Source: Alphaproteobacteria bacterium (GTDB lineage Bacteria; Pseudomonadota; Alphaproteobacteria; UBA2136; JAPKEQ01). Taken from it: a stretch of DNA of 51,464 nt. Of this stretch, positions 8,564-17,492 are shown piece after piece. The stretch lies in NCBI GenBank assembly GCA_028821995.1, contig JAPKEQ010000002.1, positions 1-51,464 of the forward strand. The letters run 5' to 3'. Each line of letters opens with the position of its first letter. Within the stretch, counting starts at the first letter, position 1. Made by a program: the position numbers and the translations under genes. The notes beneath the pieces were generated by a model that searched no databases, had not been told where the DNA came from, and saw nothing but the letters and a program-made list of their open reading frames with translations.

Positions 8564-9976
8564 ATGAATACTATTTCTGACGCTATCAGCCACCTGAAAG
8601 ACAATAACATTCAGTTTGTTGATTTCCAATTTACAGACCTCCATGGCATAACGCGCCATATCAGCTATCATATAGATAATATTTCTGAGAAAACGTTTAC
8701 AAAAGGCGTTGGCTTTGATGGCTCATCTCTAGAAGGCTGGTGCGATATCAATAAGAGCGACATGGTGCTTATGCCAGACCTCAGCACCCTTTATATATCT
8801 CCCTTTACGGCACATAAAACTGCCATAGTCACTTGTAATGTTTCTGACCCGGCAACAGGCGATTCTTATAACCGCTGCCCGCGCAGTATTGCAGAGCGCG
8901 CAGAAGAAGCTCTCACAAAATCAGGTATAGCTGAAAAAGCTCTCTTTGGCCCAGAACTAGAATTCTTCCTCTTTAATGAAATGAACTACAGCACAGCCCC
9001 TGAGCATACGTTTTATAAAATAACATCAGATAAAGCACCATGGAGCGCTGCGGATAAATCCTCCGTCCCATCTGGCGGACATACACCAGATGTAAAAAGC
9101 GCTTACTTTATTAGCGGCCCTGAAGATAAACTGCAAAACGTACGTAGCGAAATGGTTATGAAGCTTAAAGCTTGCGGCCTAAGCCCTACCCTTCACCATG
9201 CAGAGGTGGCTTCTGGCGGACAGTGCGAAGTGGGCATGGAAGGCTCTACTCTTAAAACTATTGCAGACCACGTACAAACCTTTAAAGCAGCAATTCACCA
9301 AGTGGCGGGTGTTTATGGCCTTACCGCCACCTTCATGCCAAAGCCTCTTTCTGGTGATAACGGCAGCGGTATGCATGTGCACCAATCTCTATGGAAAGGA
9401 AAGACGCCTCTCTTTGCAGGAGGCGATTATGACGGACTCAGCGAAATGGCGCTCTACTACATTGGCGGCATTATGAAGCACGCTCGCGCGCTCAATGCTT
9501 TCACCAACCCTTCAACAAATAGCTACAAACGTCTTGTTCCAGGGTACGAGGCTCCTGTCATGCTTACCTATGCCGCCCGTAACCGTAGTGCGTCTATTCG
9601 TATTCCAGCGGCAAATGAGCCTAAAGCCAAACGCATAGAAACACGCTTCCCTGACCCTATGGCAAACCCCTACCTGTGCTTTAGCGCACTCCTTATGGCT
9701 GGCCTAGACGGGATCGCGAACAAAATTCACCCCGGAGATGCCAGAGAAGAAGATTTATATGAACTCTCTCCAAGTAAAGCAAAGCGCATTCCTCAGGTTT
9801 GCGGCTCCCTTAGAGAATCCCTTGACGCTCTTAATAAGGATAGAGGTTTCCTTAAAGAGCATGGCGTGTTTGATGATGATATGATTGATAGCTACATGAA
9901 TATTAAAATGGCTGAGGTCGAGGCCCTAGAGCACACCCCTCACCCGATTGAGTTTAAAATGTATTACTCAAGGTAA
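8564..9976 (+). CDS. glnA: glutamine synthetase type I
   Basis: The track ORF starts at 8489. The ATG at 8564 gives MNTISDAISHLKDNNIQFVDFQFTDLHG, a typical GS N-terminus. It contains GSGMHVHQSLW and NPSTNSYKRLVPGYEAP, plus the adenylylation-loop context EEDLYEL. Confidence 0.93.
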   Translation: MNTISDAISHLKDNNIQFVDFQFTDLHGITRHISYHIDNISEKTFTKGVGFDGSSLEGWCDINKSDMVLMPDLSTLYISPFTAHKTAIVTCNVSDPATGDSYNRCPRSIAERAEEALTKSGIAEKALFGPELEFFLFNEMNYSTAPEHTFYKITSDKAPWSAADKSSVPSGGHTPDVKSAYFISGPEDKLQNVRSEMVMKLKACGLSPTLHHAEVASGGQCEVGMEGSTLKTIADHVQTFKAAIHQVAGVYGLTATFMPKPLSGDNGSGMHVHQSLWKGKTPLFAGGDYDGLSEMALYYIGGIMKHARALNAFTNPSTNSYKRLVPGYEAPVMLTYAARNRSASIRIPAANEPKAKRIETRFPDPMANPYLCFSALLMAGLDGIANKIHPGDAREEDLYELSPSKAKRIPQVCGSLRESLDALNKDRGFLKEHGVFDDDMIDSYMNIKMAEVEALEHTPHPIEFKMYYSR

Positions 9977-9977
9977 T

Positions 9978-10006
9978 AAAAAACCCCGCAAGCTGCGGGG
10001 TTTTTT
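9978..10006. terminator. bidirectional intrinsic terminator
   Basis: aaaaaa-ccccgc-aagct-gcgggg-tttttt lies between glnA (+) and pgsA (-). Confidence 0.9.
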
Positions 10007-10012
10007 AATCGA

Positions 10013-10585
10013 TTATTTAGCCTCATAGGCTGCACGTGCATTTTGATACTGCAAGTGATAGTCCCAAAGGGTGTAAAGCGTCATGCCGACTGCGACAAGC
10101 AAAGTCACCCAAAATAGAAACGAGACACCAAGCCAAACCAAAGAAGTAAACCAACATCCAACAGATATCATCTGAACAGTGGTTTTACCCTTTGCAATAT
10201 GACTTGAAGGCAAAGGGGGAAGTTCTTTTGAACGCAGCCAGGCGCGCATTGAGTACACGGCGTAGTCTCGTGCAAAGAAAATAGCTGCAGCAATAGCAAC
10301 CCAGAAACTTCCAGCAAGGCTTTCTGTATAAAAACCGATGTAAAGGCTTGCAAAGATAAGCAGAGCAAGCACAAGGACCTTATCAGCTTCTTGGTCTACC
10401 TTTTGGCCAAACGGACTTGTAACCTTCCACTTGCGGGCAAGGTAGCCGTCAAGCCAATCAGTTATTGCAGCAGCTCCGTACAAAACAAGTGCATAAAAAG
10501 GGTACCCTGCAAGCGTCACCGCTATAATAGGGATCCATGCAAACATTCTGAACAGAGACAGGGCGTTTGGGATATAAGCTTTCAT
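10013..10585 (-). CDS. pgsA: CDP-alcohol phosphatidyltransferase, probably CDP-diacylglycerol--glycerol-3-phosphate 3-phosphatidyltransferase
   Basis: DWLDGYLARKWKVTSPFGQKVDQEADK matches the D-x2-DG-x2-AR-x8-G-x3-D-x3-D signature. The protein is multi-TM. The start is moved to the ATG at 10585, which is preceded by GGAGAG. Confidence 0.85.
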   Translation of the reverse strand: MKAYIPNALSLFRMFAWIPIIAVTLAGYPFYALVLYGAAAITDWLDGYLARKWKVTSPFGQKVDQEADKVLVLALLIFASLYIGFYTESLAGSFWVAIAAAIFFARDYAVYSMRAWLRSKELPPLPSSHIAKGKTTVQMISVGCWFTSLVWLGVSFLFWVTLLVAVGMTLYTLWDYHLQYQNARAAYEAK

Positions 10586-10759
10586 GCCATACTCTCCAAT
10601 TAAAAAGATAAAGTTATATGTATATACTCCTCTTAGCACAAACTACACCACCTGCGCCACATAAATCTCGTATACAAAACTTGCATCCTTACATGCACAT
10701 ATGCTATTTAATACTCCCATAACAATCTAGCATGCCTTTTTTTTCACAGGAGATTCCTC

Positions 10760-11008
10760 ATGGCAGCATCTGTAGCTACACTTCGTAAGTGGCTCAAGAC
10801 AGCAAAAGAACAACAAGCAACTCATCTGATTGTTGTTCGAGATATATTTGATCAAGAAGATCACCCTGTCTTTGTCCTCAAAGAAGAAGACCCTCATCAA
10901 GCCTTTAAAGAAGCTGATTCCCCTCGCATGAAACGCGTTAAACATGTCTTTAATGTTTCTATGGATTGGGATGAGCAGCTCAAACTTGGAACATGCCAGC
11001 AATTCTAA
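10760..11008 (+). CDS. hypothetical small protein
   Basis: 82 aa. An AGGAGA SD lies 7 nt upstream and an intrinsic terminator follows. It is preferred over the overlapping minus-strand ORF 10727..11002. Confidence 0.55.
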   Translation: MAASVATLRKWLKTAKEQQATHLIVVRDIFDQEDHPVFVLKEEDPHQAFKEADSPRMKRVKHVFNVSMDWDEQLKLGTCQQF

Positions 11009-11021
11009 TCGAAAAAACTTT

Positions 11022-11048
11022 GAAAAGCCCCATTTTACGGGGCTTTTC
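11022..11048 (+). terminator. intrinsic terminator
   Basis: gaaaa-gcccc-attttac-ggggc-tttt. Confidence 0.8.
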
Positions 11049-11088
11049 TGCTTGCAAAGCCTTATAAATCCTCGTATATTCTATACCC

Positions 11089-11475
11089 ATGAATGATTTA
11101 AAACACCCAGATAATTTAGTCCTCAAGCAGTTTGTTATGCCTGATGAACTTAACTATAACGGTACGCTTTTTGGCGGACAGCTCCTCTCTTGGATTGACC
11201 AAGCGGGCGCAGTTGTAGCCATCAGCCGCTCTCGCAGCAAGGTCGCTCTGCTCAAAATGAATGAAGTGCTTTTTAAAAAGCCAATCATGCCGAGTGACAG
11301 CGTAACGATTTACGGTAAAGTCACAACAGTTGGCCGTACATCTATGGAAGTAACCATGGAGATCTGGCGCACAAATATTTTTGATGAGAACGAAGAGATT
11401 CTAGCAGCAACAGCAAGTGGAACTTACGTTGCAATTGATGAAAACCTTAAACCACAACGCGTGGATCGTAAATAA
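11089..11475 (+). CDS. acyl-CoA thioesterase (hotdog fold, YciA-like)
   Basis: 128 aa. Contains PDELNYNGTLFGGQLLSWIDQAGAVVA. The stop overlaps the parE start. Confidence 0.8.
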   Translation: MNDLKHPDNLVLKQFVMPDELNYNGTLFGGQLLSWIDQAGAVVAISRSRSKVALLKMNEVLFKKPIMPSDSVTIYGKVTTVGRTSMEVTMEIWRTNIFDENEEILAATASGTYVAIDENLKPQRVDRK

Positions 11476-13418
11476 TGGCAGATGCGGCAATGACAGAGCA
11501 CCAAAATTATACAGCAGCAGATATTGAAGTCCTTGAAGGGTTAGAACCGGTACGTAAACGTCCGGGAATGTATATTGGCGGTAGCGATGTAAATGCTATG
11601 CACCATCTCATTGCTGAAGTTCTTGATAACAGTGTCGATGAAGCCGTTGCTGGTTATGCTGATAAAATTTGGGTCACTCTTGAAAAAGAAAATAAACTTA
11701 TTATTCGTGATAACGGCCGTGGTATTCCAACAGACCCGCACCCAAAGTACAAAAATAAATCCGCCCTAGAAGTCATCCTTACAACCCTCCACTCTGGTGG
11801 TAAGTTCTCTAACAAAGCTTACAGTACATCTGGTGGACTTCATGGGGTTGGTATTAGTGTGGTCAACGCTTTGTCTTCTCTTGTAGAAGTAGAAGTTGCC
11901 CGCGATGGCCAGCTTTATAAACAAAACTACAGCCGCGGCTTGCCAACAGGCCCACTTGAGCATGCTGGCGAAATTCGTAACCGTAAAGGTACGCAAGTTG
12001 GCTTTATTCCAGATACAGAAATTTTTGATGACGCTGTCTTTAGCGCTAGCCGTATTCGTAAAATGGTACGTGCCAAAGCCTTCCTTACGCGCACAGTTAC
12101 AATTATTTGGTGCGATGCCACTGGCGAAGAAAGACAAGAAGAGAAATTTAACTACCCGAATGGCCTTACAGACTTTCTAACAGAGCAAATTGCTGAAAAG
12201 CCCTGCTACACAGAATCTCCTTTTGCTGGCACCATCGCCATTACTGAAGATAACAAAGAAATTGGCCGTGTAGAGTGGGCCATGGCTTGGCCGCTTGGTA
12301 GCGAAACATCCCTCACGTCTTACGCCAACACCATTCCAACCGCGCAAGGTGGAACACATGAAACGGGTATGCGCGCAGCGCTTACTAAATCTCTGCGCTC
12401 ATATGCAGAACTTCGTGGTAAAAAAGGTGAAAAAATTACAGCTGATGACATCATGTCAGGCTCGCAAATCCTACTTAGTATCTTTATTCCAGATATTCAG
12501 TTCCAAGGACAAACAAAAGACAAGCTAACAACGCCATCTGCAGCGCGCATGGTGGAAAACGCACTTAAAGACCAAGTTGACCTTTGGCTCAGCGGAGACC
12601 TCACAAGTGCAGACTCACTCCTTGAGCGCATTATGGAGCGCGCGGAAGACCGTCTGCGCCGTAAAAAAGAGCAGGAAGTTAAGCGTAAAACTGCTGTCAG
12701 CCGTAAAATTCGCCTACCAGGCAAACTTTCAGACTGCTCTTCAAACTCTAATATCGACACAGAGATTTTTATTGTTGAGGGAGACAGTGCCGGCGGAACA
12801 GCTAAGCAAGCACGCGACCGTCATACACAAGCAATCCTTCCTATTCGTGGTAAAATTTTGAACGTTGCCAGCGCCACAAAAGAAAAAGTAATGGCCAACA
12901 GCGAAGTGAGAGACCTTACACAGGCTCTTGGTTGCGGCAGGGGCAAAGATTTTACGCTTAAACATCTCCGCTATGAGCGCGTTGTTATCATGACTGATGC
13001 CGATGTGGATGGCGCACACATTGCCACCCTTCTCATGACATTTTTCTACCAAGAAATGCCAGAGCTAATTTTAAACGGACACCTTTACCTTGCCTTGCCT
13101 CCTCTTTATAAGATGAGCTACGGCGGTACCTCTGTGTTTGCACTTGATGACGCTGAACGTGAGCGCCACATGAAAACAACGTTTAAAGGTAAAAAGAATG
13201 TTGAAGTTAACCGCTTTAAGGGTTTGGGTGAGATGCCTGCGTCTCAGCTTAAAATAACCACAATGAATAAAGACAACCGTAGACTTCTACAGGTTTCTAT
13301 TGATTCACTAGCTGATAGCGACCTAACAGTCAGACGTCTTATGGGCAAATCTCCCGAAGAGCGCCTTAACTTTATTAAAGAAGAAAGTAACGGCGTTAAA
13401 GCTGATCTTGACCTATAA
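11475..13418 (+). CDS. parE: DNA topoisomerase IV subunit B
   Basis: 647 aa, which is ParE length rather than GyrB. Contains LEGLEPVRKRPGMYIG, the HLIAEVLDNSVDEA GHKL ATPase motif, the EGDSAGG Toprim motif, and PLYK. Confidence 0.88.
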   Translation: MADAAMTEHQNYTAADIEVLEGLEPVRKRPGMYIGGSDVNAMHHLIAEVLDNSVDEAVAGYADKIWVTLEKENKLIIRDNGRGIPTDPHPKYKNKSALEVILTTLHSGGKFSNKAYSTSGGLHGVGISVVNALSSLVEVEVARDGQLYKQNYSRGLPTGPLEHAGEIRNRKGTQVGFIPDTEIFDDAVFSASRIRKMVRAKAFLTRTVTIIWCDATGEERQEEKFNYPNGLTDFLTEQIAEKPCYTESPFAGTIAITEDNKEIGRVEWAMAWPLGSETSLTSYANTIPTAQGGTHETGMRAALTKSLRSYAELRGKKGEKITADDIMSGSQILLSIFIPDIQFQGQTKDKLTTPSAARMVENALKDQVDLWLSGDLTSADSLLERIMERAEDRLRRKKEQEVKRKTAVSRKIRLPGKLSDCSSNSNIDTEIFIVEGDSAGGTAKQARDRHTQAILPIRGKILNVASATKEKVMANSEVRDLTQALGCGRGKDFTLKHLRYERVVIMTDADVDGAHIATLLMTFFYQEMPELILNGHLYLALPPLYKMSYGGTSVFALDDAERERHMKTTFKGKKNVEVNRFKGLGEMPASQLKITTMNKDNRRLLQVSIDSLADSDLTVRRLMGKSPEERLNFIKEESNGVKADLDL

Positions 13419-13437
13419 AACACAAGGCCTTCTATTT

Positions 13438-13467
13438 AAAAGCTTCCTTTACATAAGGGAGCTTTTT
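13438..13467 (+). terminator. intrinsic terminator after parE
   Basis: agcttcctt-tacat-aagggagct forms a 9-bp stem with one G-U pair, followed by TTTTT. Confidence 0.75.
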
Positions 13468-13568
13468 ATTTTGGTCTTCTTTGCTGTTAGTCACTTATAA
13501 TGACAGTTAAACTTTTATAAAGCTCTATAAGGCATTGAGATAAGTTAACAACTGGGGTGGTCATAACG

Positions 13569-14264
13569 ATGAAACATTATATTTTTATAGCTTTAGCTAT
13601 ATTAGGAGCCTCTACTATATGCTCCATATCAGAAGCACAATCAAGACAAGGCGCTGCAACGTCAAGGCAGGTCATGGCTCTTAAAAGTGCTTTAGATAGC
13701 TTTGCAACGTCAGTTCAAGCCGAACTTACGCTGCTAAGAAATAAACTTCAAGACTGCGGAAGTGTTGTTCATGGAACCGTTGACTCAAACGGATCATGCC
13801 CTGCAGGTTATACAGGTCAGGCCGCAAGGCAGTGTATTTCAGGAACATGGGTTCCTATTTTTCAAGAACTTCTCTCATGTGACAAAACATATACATGGGT
13901 GAACCTTATTAACCGTACAGAAACAAATGATAATGCTTGTGCCCGCATCGGCATGAAAGCCATTACAGAGCCAGGTTATGCAACCTGCGCCTCTGGCGAA
14001 AATAGATTCACAGAAGGAACTGACCACGAAGCGATCTCTTACCGTTATGGCGCATGGGGTCCAACAAGACCATCTATTGGCCCTAATATTAGTGCAAACC
14101 GTCAAGGTCACATGTGCTATCACAACACTCAACATAGAGATGGCGATGGATCAGATATTGCTGTAGCTGCGCTTTGTGAAGCCCTGGATCCAGGCGATCC
14201 GGCACCAAACCCACAACCTGTGGATCCATATGTACCACCAGCACCGCCACAAAATGAAAGATAG
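13569..14264 (+). CDS. secreted Cys-rich protein with Pro-rich C-terminal tail (hypothetical)
   Basis: The ATG at 13569 follows GGGGTGG. MKHYIFIALAILGASTICSISEAQ is a signal-peptide-like N-terminus. The mature part contains about 11 Cys and ends DPGDPAPNPQPVDPYVPPAPPQNER. Confidence 0.65.
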   Translation: MKHYIFIALAILGASTICSISEAQSRQGAATSRQVMALKSALDSFATSVQAELTLLRNKLQDCGSVVHGTVDSNGSCPAGYTGQAARQCISGTWVPIFQELLSCDKTYTWVNLINRTETNDNACARIGMKAITEPGYATCASGENRFTEGTDHEAISYRYGAWGPTRPSIGPNISANRQGHMCYHNTQHRDGDGSDIAVAALCEALDPGDPAPNPQPVDPYVPPAPPQNER

Positions 14265-14293
14265 AAAAAAGCCCCTAATATAGGGGCTTTTTT
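14265..14293. terminator. bidirectional intrinsic terminator
   Basis: aaaaaa-gcccct-aatat-aggggc-tttttt. The stop codon of the minus-strand 502-aa ORF lies inside the T/A tail. Confidence 0.85.
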
Positions 14294-15800
14294 ATAATGC
14301 CTTGCAATGAATGACTTGTTTTTGCCAAGCCAAATCAAAGAGGGATTTAATCATGACATTTTTTTCAGTGCTATCCAAATGATTAAACGCGTACCTTTCC
14401 GGCAGGGATGAAAATGTGCCGAGCGGGATAAATGTCATAAGAGGCTGCTGCGCAAAATGGTCCTTATAGTAAACCTTGTAATCTTCACTCAAGAAGGCAA
14501 GCTCTGTATGCAAGAGATAAGATATATGCTCCAGTGTATCTTTTTGGATACCATCAAGAGATCTATTAAGTTCTAGACACCATTCCACTTGGCGAGAATG
14601 CACATTAAAACCAACCATGTACTCCCTTACATAGAAACCGTAACTTTCTAAAGCTTGGTTAAGCCTATAAAGGGCCAGGTTGGTTGTATTTTCTGTCAAA
14701 AATGGTACTTTTTGATCCAAATTTTCCGCTGAGCGCTTAAATTCAAACAGGGCTTTCCCTTTATCCTTCAAGGCGAATATTTGCTGTGAGTTATATTGCA
14801 CAAGGCCTGACATTGAGTTTAAAAGAATCAGATAACTTTGCCCCTCCTCTAGGTCCTCGTAGCGTAAAATTTCTGAACGCCTTGCCGGCGACTTTGCGTT
14901 TTTAAGTGTTGATTCTTCAATGAAGCCATAATGGTAGCCAATAGAATCAGAAAGAGCAATTTCCCCGCCATGAGTCAGAGAATCTTCACCTTCTAGCATA
15001 CCTGTCTCATGTGTAAACATTGATGTTCTGATCACATCCTGCCCCTCAAAAAACTCCGCAAGAACTTTGCGATAAGGAAGACTCTCATCATAACAGTAAC
15101 ATATAACTTTTACGTTAGGGCAAAGGTCCTTAATCGTCACAGCACGGCCAAGCCTTTGGCTTAATAGCATAGCCATATCACTTAAAGTACGCGGAGATAC
15201 CAGAAGCAACTCAACGCTATCCTTAACAAGATTAAGGCAATCCAGGAACGCATGCAGTTTTTGGTAATGGCTTTTTCCAACTTCTTCAATTGAGGAAAAA
15301 GGTGGCTCAATACGCTTACTAAAACCTGAAGATAAGCTCTGGTGAAGTAAGGAGCTCAGTGTTGAGACTTTAAGTCCATACCTATGAGAAACAGCTTCAT
15401 GGTCAAATACATGAAAAACCTTCCCCTTAAGCCCATAACGCTTTTGGATATGTTGAATATTTTTTAAAAACGCACGCTGAATACTTTTAAAATGCGCGCG
15501 AGATAATGGTACAACACCATCTTCAAATTTTGCAAGATACTGAACTCTATCACCACTAATGCTATTCCTCATAGAGAAGACAGATTCATAATCAGGTGTC
15601 CAATCAGAAAGCTGCGCGCAGTAATCTACAAAGATACGAGGTTCAAAAATTGGAACCTCTGATGAGAAAATTTGCCATAGAATATCATCGTCTCCCTCTA
15701 AATAAAGGTGCGAAATACCAAGCCTTTCAAATAAAAGGCTTTTTGAGCCATTTTTCAAAAGGTCCTTTAAAGTTTTATCTTGGTGACGACTAAAGTTCAT
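14292..15800 (-). CDS. hypothetical protein, possibly a divergent GH3-like (acyl-adenylate superfamily) protein
   Basis: 502 aa. The length and block order resemble bacterial GH3-family proteins (EVPIFEPRIFVDY; YEDLEEGQSYLILLNSMSGLVQYNS; FYVREYMVGFNVHSRQVEWCLEL; LSEDYKVYYKD). I could not find a Ser/Thr/Gly-rich AMP-binding loop. Confidence 0.4.
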   Translation of the reverse strand: MNFSRHQDKTLKDLLKNGSKSLLFERLGISHLYLEGDDDILWQIFSSEVPIFEPRIFVDYCAQLSDWTPDYESVFSMRNSISGDRVQYLAKFEDGVVPLSRAHFKSIQRAFLKNIQHIQKRYGLKGKVFHVFDHEAVSHRYGLKVSTLSSLLHQSLSSGFSKRIEPPFSSIEEVGKSHYQKLHAFLDCLNLVKDSVELLLVSPRTLSDMAMLLSQRLGRAVTIKDLCPNVKVICYCYDESLPYRKVLAEFFEGQDVIRTSMFTHETGMLEGEDSLTHGGEIALSDSIGYHYGFIEESTLKNAKSPARRSEILRYEDLEEGQSYLILLNSMSGLVQYNSQQIFALKDKGKALFEFKRSAENLDQKVPFLTENTTNLALYRLNQALESYGFYVREYMVGFNVHSRQVEWCLELNRSLDGIQKDTLEHISYLLHTELAFLSEDYKVYYKDHFAQQPLMTFIPLGTFSSLPERYAFNHLDSTEKNVMIKSLFDLAWQKQVIHCKAL

Positions 15801-15803
15801 GTA

Positions 15804-16118
15804 TTAACTTTCTGGAAGCCTTACTATAATTTTCTCAGCATCAGGAGATACTTTAAGCTGGCAAGCAAGCCTTGAGTTATCTTCAAGGTTAAATGCTGTA
15901 TCAAGCATATCTTCTTCTTCTGCTGTTGGCGCTTCAAATCCTTCTCCGCCTTCTTCCACGTAAACGTGACATGTACAACATACGCAGTTACCGCCGCAGT
16001 CTCCAAACCCGTAACGCACGTCCATTTCGAGCGTGTATGCACCTTTTAGTAGGCGCTCCCCTGGGTTTAGGCTTACCTTTTCATCACCTTCTGGGGTTTT
16101 GAAAATTACTTCCGTCAT
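15804..16118 (-). CDS. fdx: 2Fe-2S ferredoxin (adrenodoxin type)
   Basis: 104 aa. Contains GDCGGNCVCCTCHVYV and a later LACQ, giving the four Cys ligands. Confidence 0.88.
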   Translation of the reverse strand: MTEVIFKTPEGDEKVSLNPGERLLKGAYTLEMDVRYGFGDCGGNCVCCTCHVYVEEGGEGFEAPTAEEEDMLDTAFNLEDNSRLACQLKVSPDAEKIIVRLPES

Positions 16119-16197
16119 ATTTTACACTCCTTGGCATCATTTTATAAATTCGCTATGGTGTATATCATAAACTGTAACAAAAAAAAGTAACATTGAC

Positions 16198-16383
16198 ATG
16201 CATCCTTTTGCTTACCTTATGATTGCGACCTTCTGCTGTGCCCTAATTGCTCTACTTATGGGTATAGGAAGCATGGGAACAAAAAACTCTGAAATTGGCA
16301 ATAGACTTATGATTGCACGTATCGGGTTTTGTGGGCTTTTGCTTATTGAGATGCTTATTTATGCCATTTTTATTAAAGGCTAA
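16198..16383 (+). CDS. twin-transmembrane-helix small protein (HIG1-domain-like)
   Basis: 61 aa with two hydrophobic helices joined by GTKNSEIGNRLMIARIG. This resembles the SNxLMRxRV linker of alphaproteobacterial HIG1-like proteins. Confidence 0.55.
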   Translation: MHPFAYLMIATFCCALIALLMGIGSMGTKNSEIGNRLMIARIGFCGLLLIEMLIYAIFIKG

Positions 16384-17489
16384 TCATCTGCACTTAACCT
16401 TGTAGACTTTAACCATCCCTTACGATAAAAGTAAAAAAGAAGAGACAGTCCAACAGCTGCCATAATACCTAGAAGTATTGGGTATCCGTACTCATAATTA
16501 AGCTCTGGCAAGTTATAAGGGCTTGCGCGATCAAAGTTCATGCCGTAAATACCTGCAAGAAATCCAAGCGGCATAAAGATTGTCGACACAAGTGTTAAAA
16601 GCTTCATAATTTCATTCATACGATGCGACACAACGTTCATATACATATCAATAAGCGAACCGGCGCGCTCACGCAGACTCTCCAAAATATCATTGAGGCG
16701 TATCAGGTGGTCACTGCAGTCTCGCAAGTAAACAACGGTCTCTTTACTAAAAAAGCTCGCATGGTCCCTAATTGCTGCATTTACACTGTCTCTTTGTGGC
16801 CCAACAATACGTTTAAGCGTTAAAAGCTCGCGCTTTGTTTCATGAACCCTCCTAAGAAGATTCTCGTTAGGATCCTTAAGAACCAGATCTTCTAGCTTAT
16901 CAATGTCATCACTTATATCGTCAAAAAGTGGAAAATAACTATCAACAAGCGCGTCAACGAGCGCGTAAAGCAAATAGTCTGACCCTCTGGTTCGCAGGCG
17001 ACCATCTTTCTTTTCAAGGCGTTTACGAATCATGCCAAACACATCTTCAACTTGCTCTTGGAATGTAATAACCACCCCTTTTTGGTAATATAGAGCAATT
17101 TGCTCCAGCATAATGCTATCACCTTGTTTATGCGGCAGGCGCAGGTAAAAAATAATATGATCTGTAAACTCTTCAACTTTGGGGCGCTGCCCTCTGTTTA
17201 CAATATCTTCAATTCCTAATGGGTGAATGCCAGCATGTTCTGCAATTTTTTCAATACGCTTTAAATCCGATGAACCAACAACATTAAGCCAAACTTTTTT
17301 ATCTTGCTTGAGCGCTGTTTGAATATCTTTATCCTGCGGGTCCTTTGTATGAAGAAGTTCCATTTCATCATAGACATACATATCTACATGCAGAGGAGCT
17401 GCCTCTTTTTTGTCCACAGGAACCCCAGGAGAGGTGCCTGGCGCATGACGTTTACGGTTATAAATATTGAAATTTGCAAGGACAGACAA
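16380..17489 (-). CDS. corA: magnesium/cobalt transporter CorA
   Basis: 369 aa. The C-terminus has two TM helices with the GIYGMNF signature. Confidence 0.9.
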   Translation of the reverse strand: MSVLANFNIYNRKRHAPGTSPGVPVDKKEAAPLHVDMYVYDEMELLHTKDPQDKDIQTALKQDKKVWLNVVGSSDLKRIEKIAEHAGIHPLGIEDIVNRGQRPKVEEFTDHIIFYLRLPHKQGDSIMLEQIALYYQKGVVITFQEQVEDVFGMIRKRLEKKDGRLRTRGSDYLLYALVDALVDSYFPLFDDISDDIDKLEDLVLKDPNENLLRRVHETKRELLTLKRIVGPQRDSVNAAIRDHASFFSKETVVYLRDCSDHLIRLNDILESLRERAGSLIDMYMNVVSHRMNEIMKLLTLVSTIFMPLGFLAGIYGMNFDRASPYNLPELNYEYGYPILLGIMAAVGLSLLFYFYRKGWLKSTRLSADD

Positions 17490-17492
17490 TGG

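Noticed and set aside
10727-11002. 91-aa minus-strand ORF overlapping the 82-aa plus-strand ORF.
   Set aside because: It has no SD and a Cys/Phe-rich odd composition. The plus-strand ORF has an AGGAGA SD and a downstream terminator.
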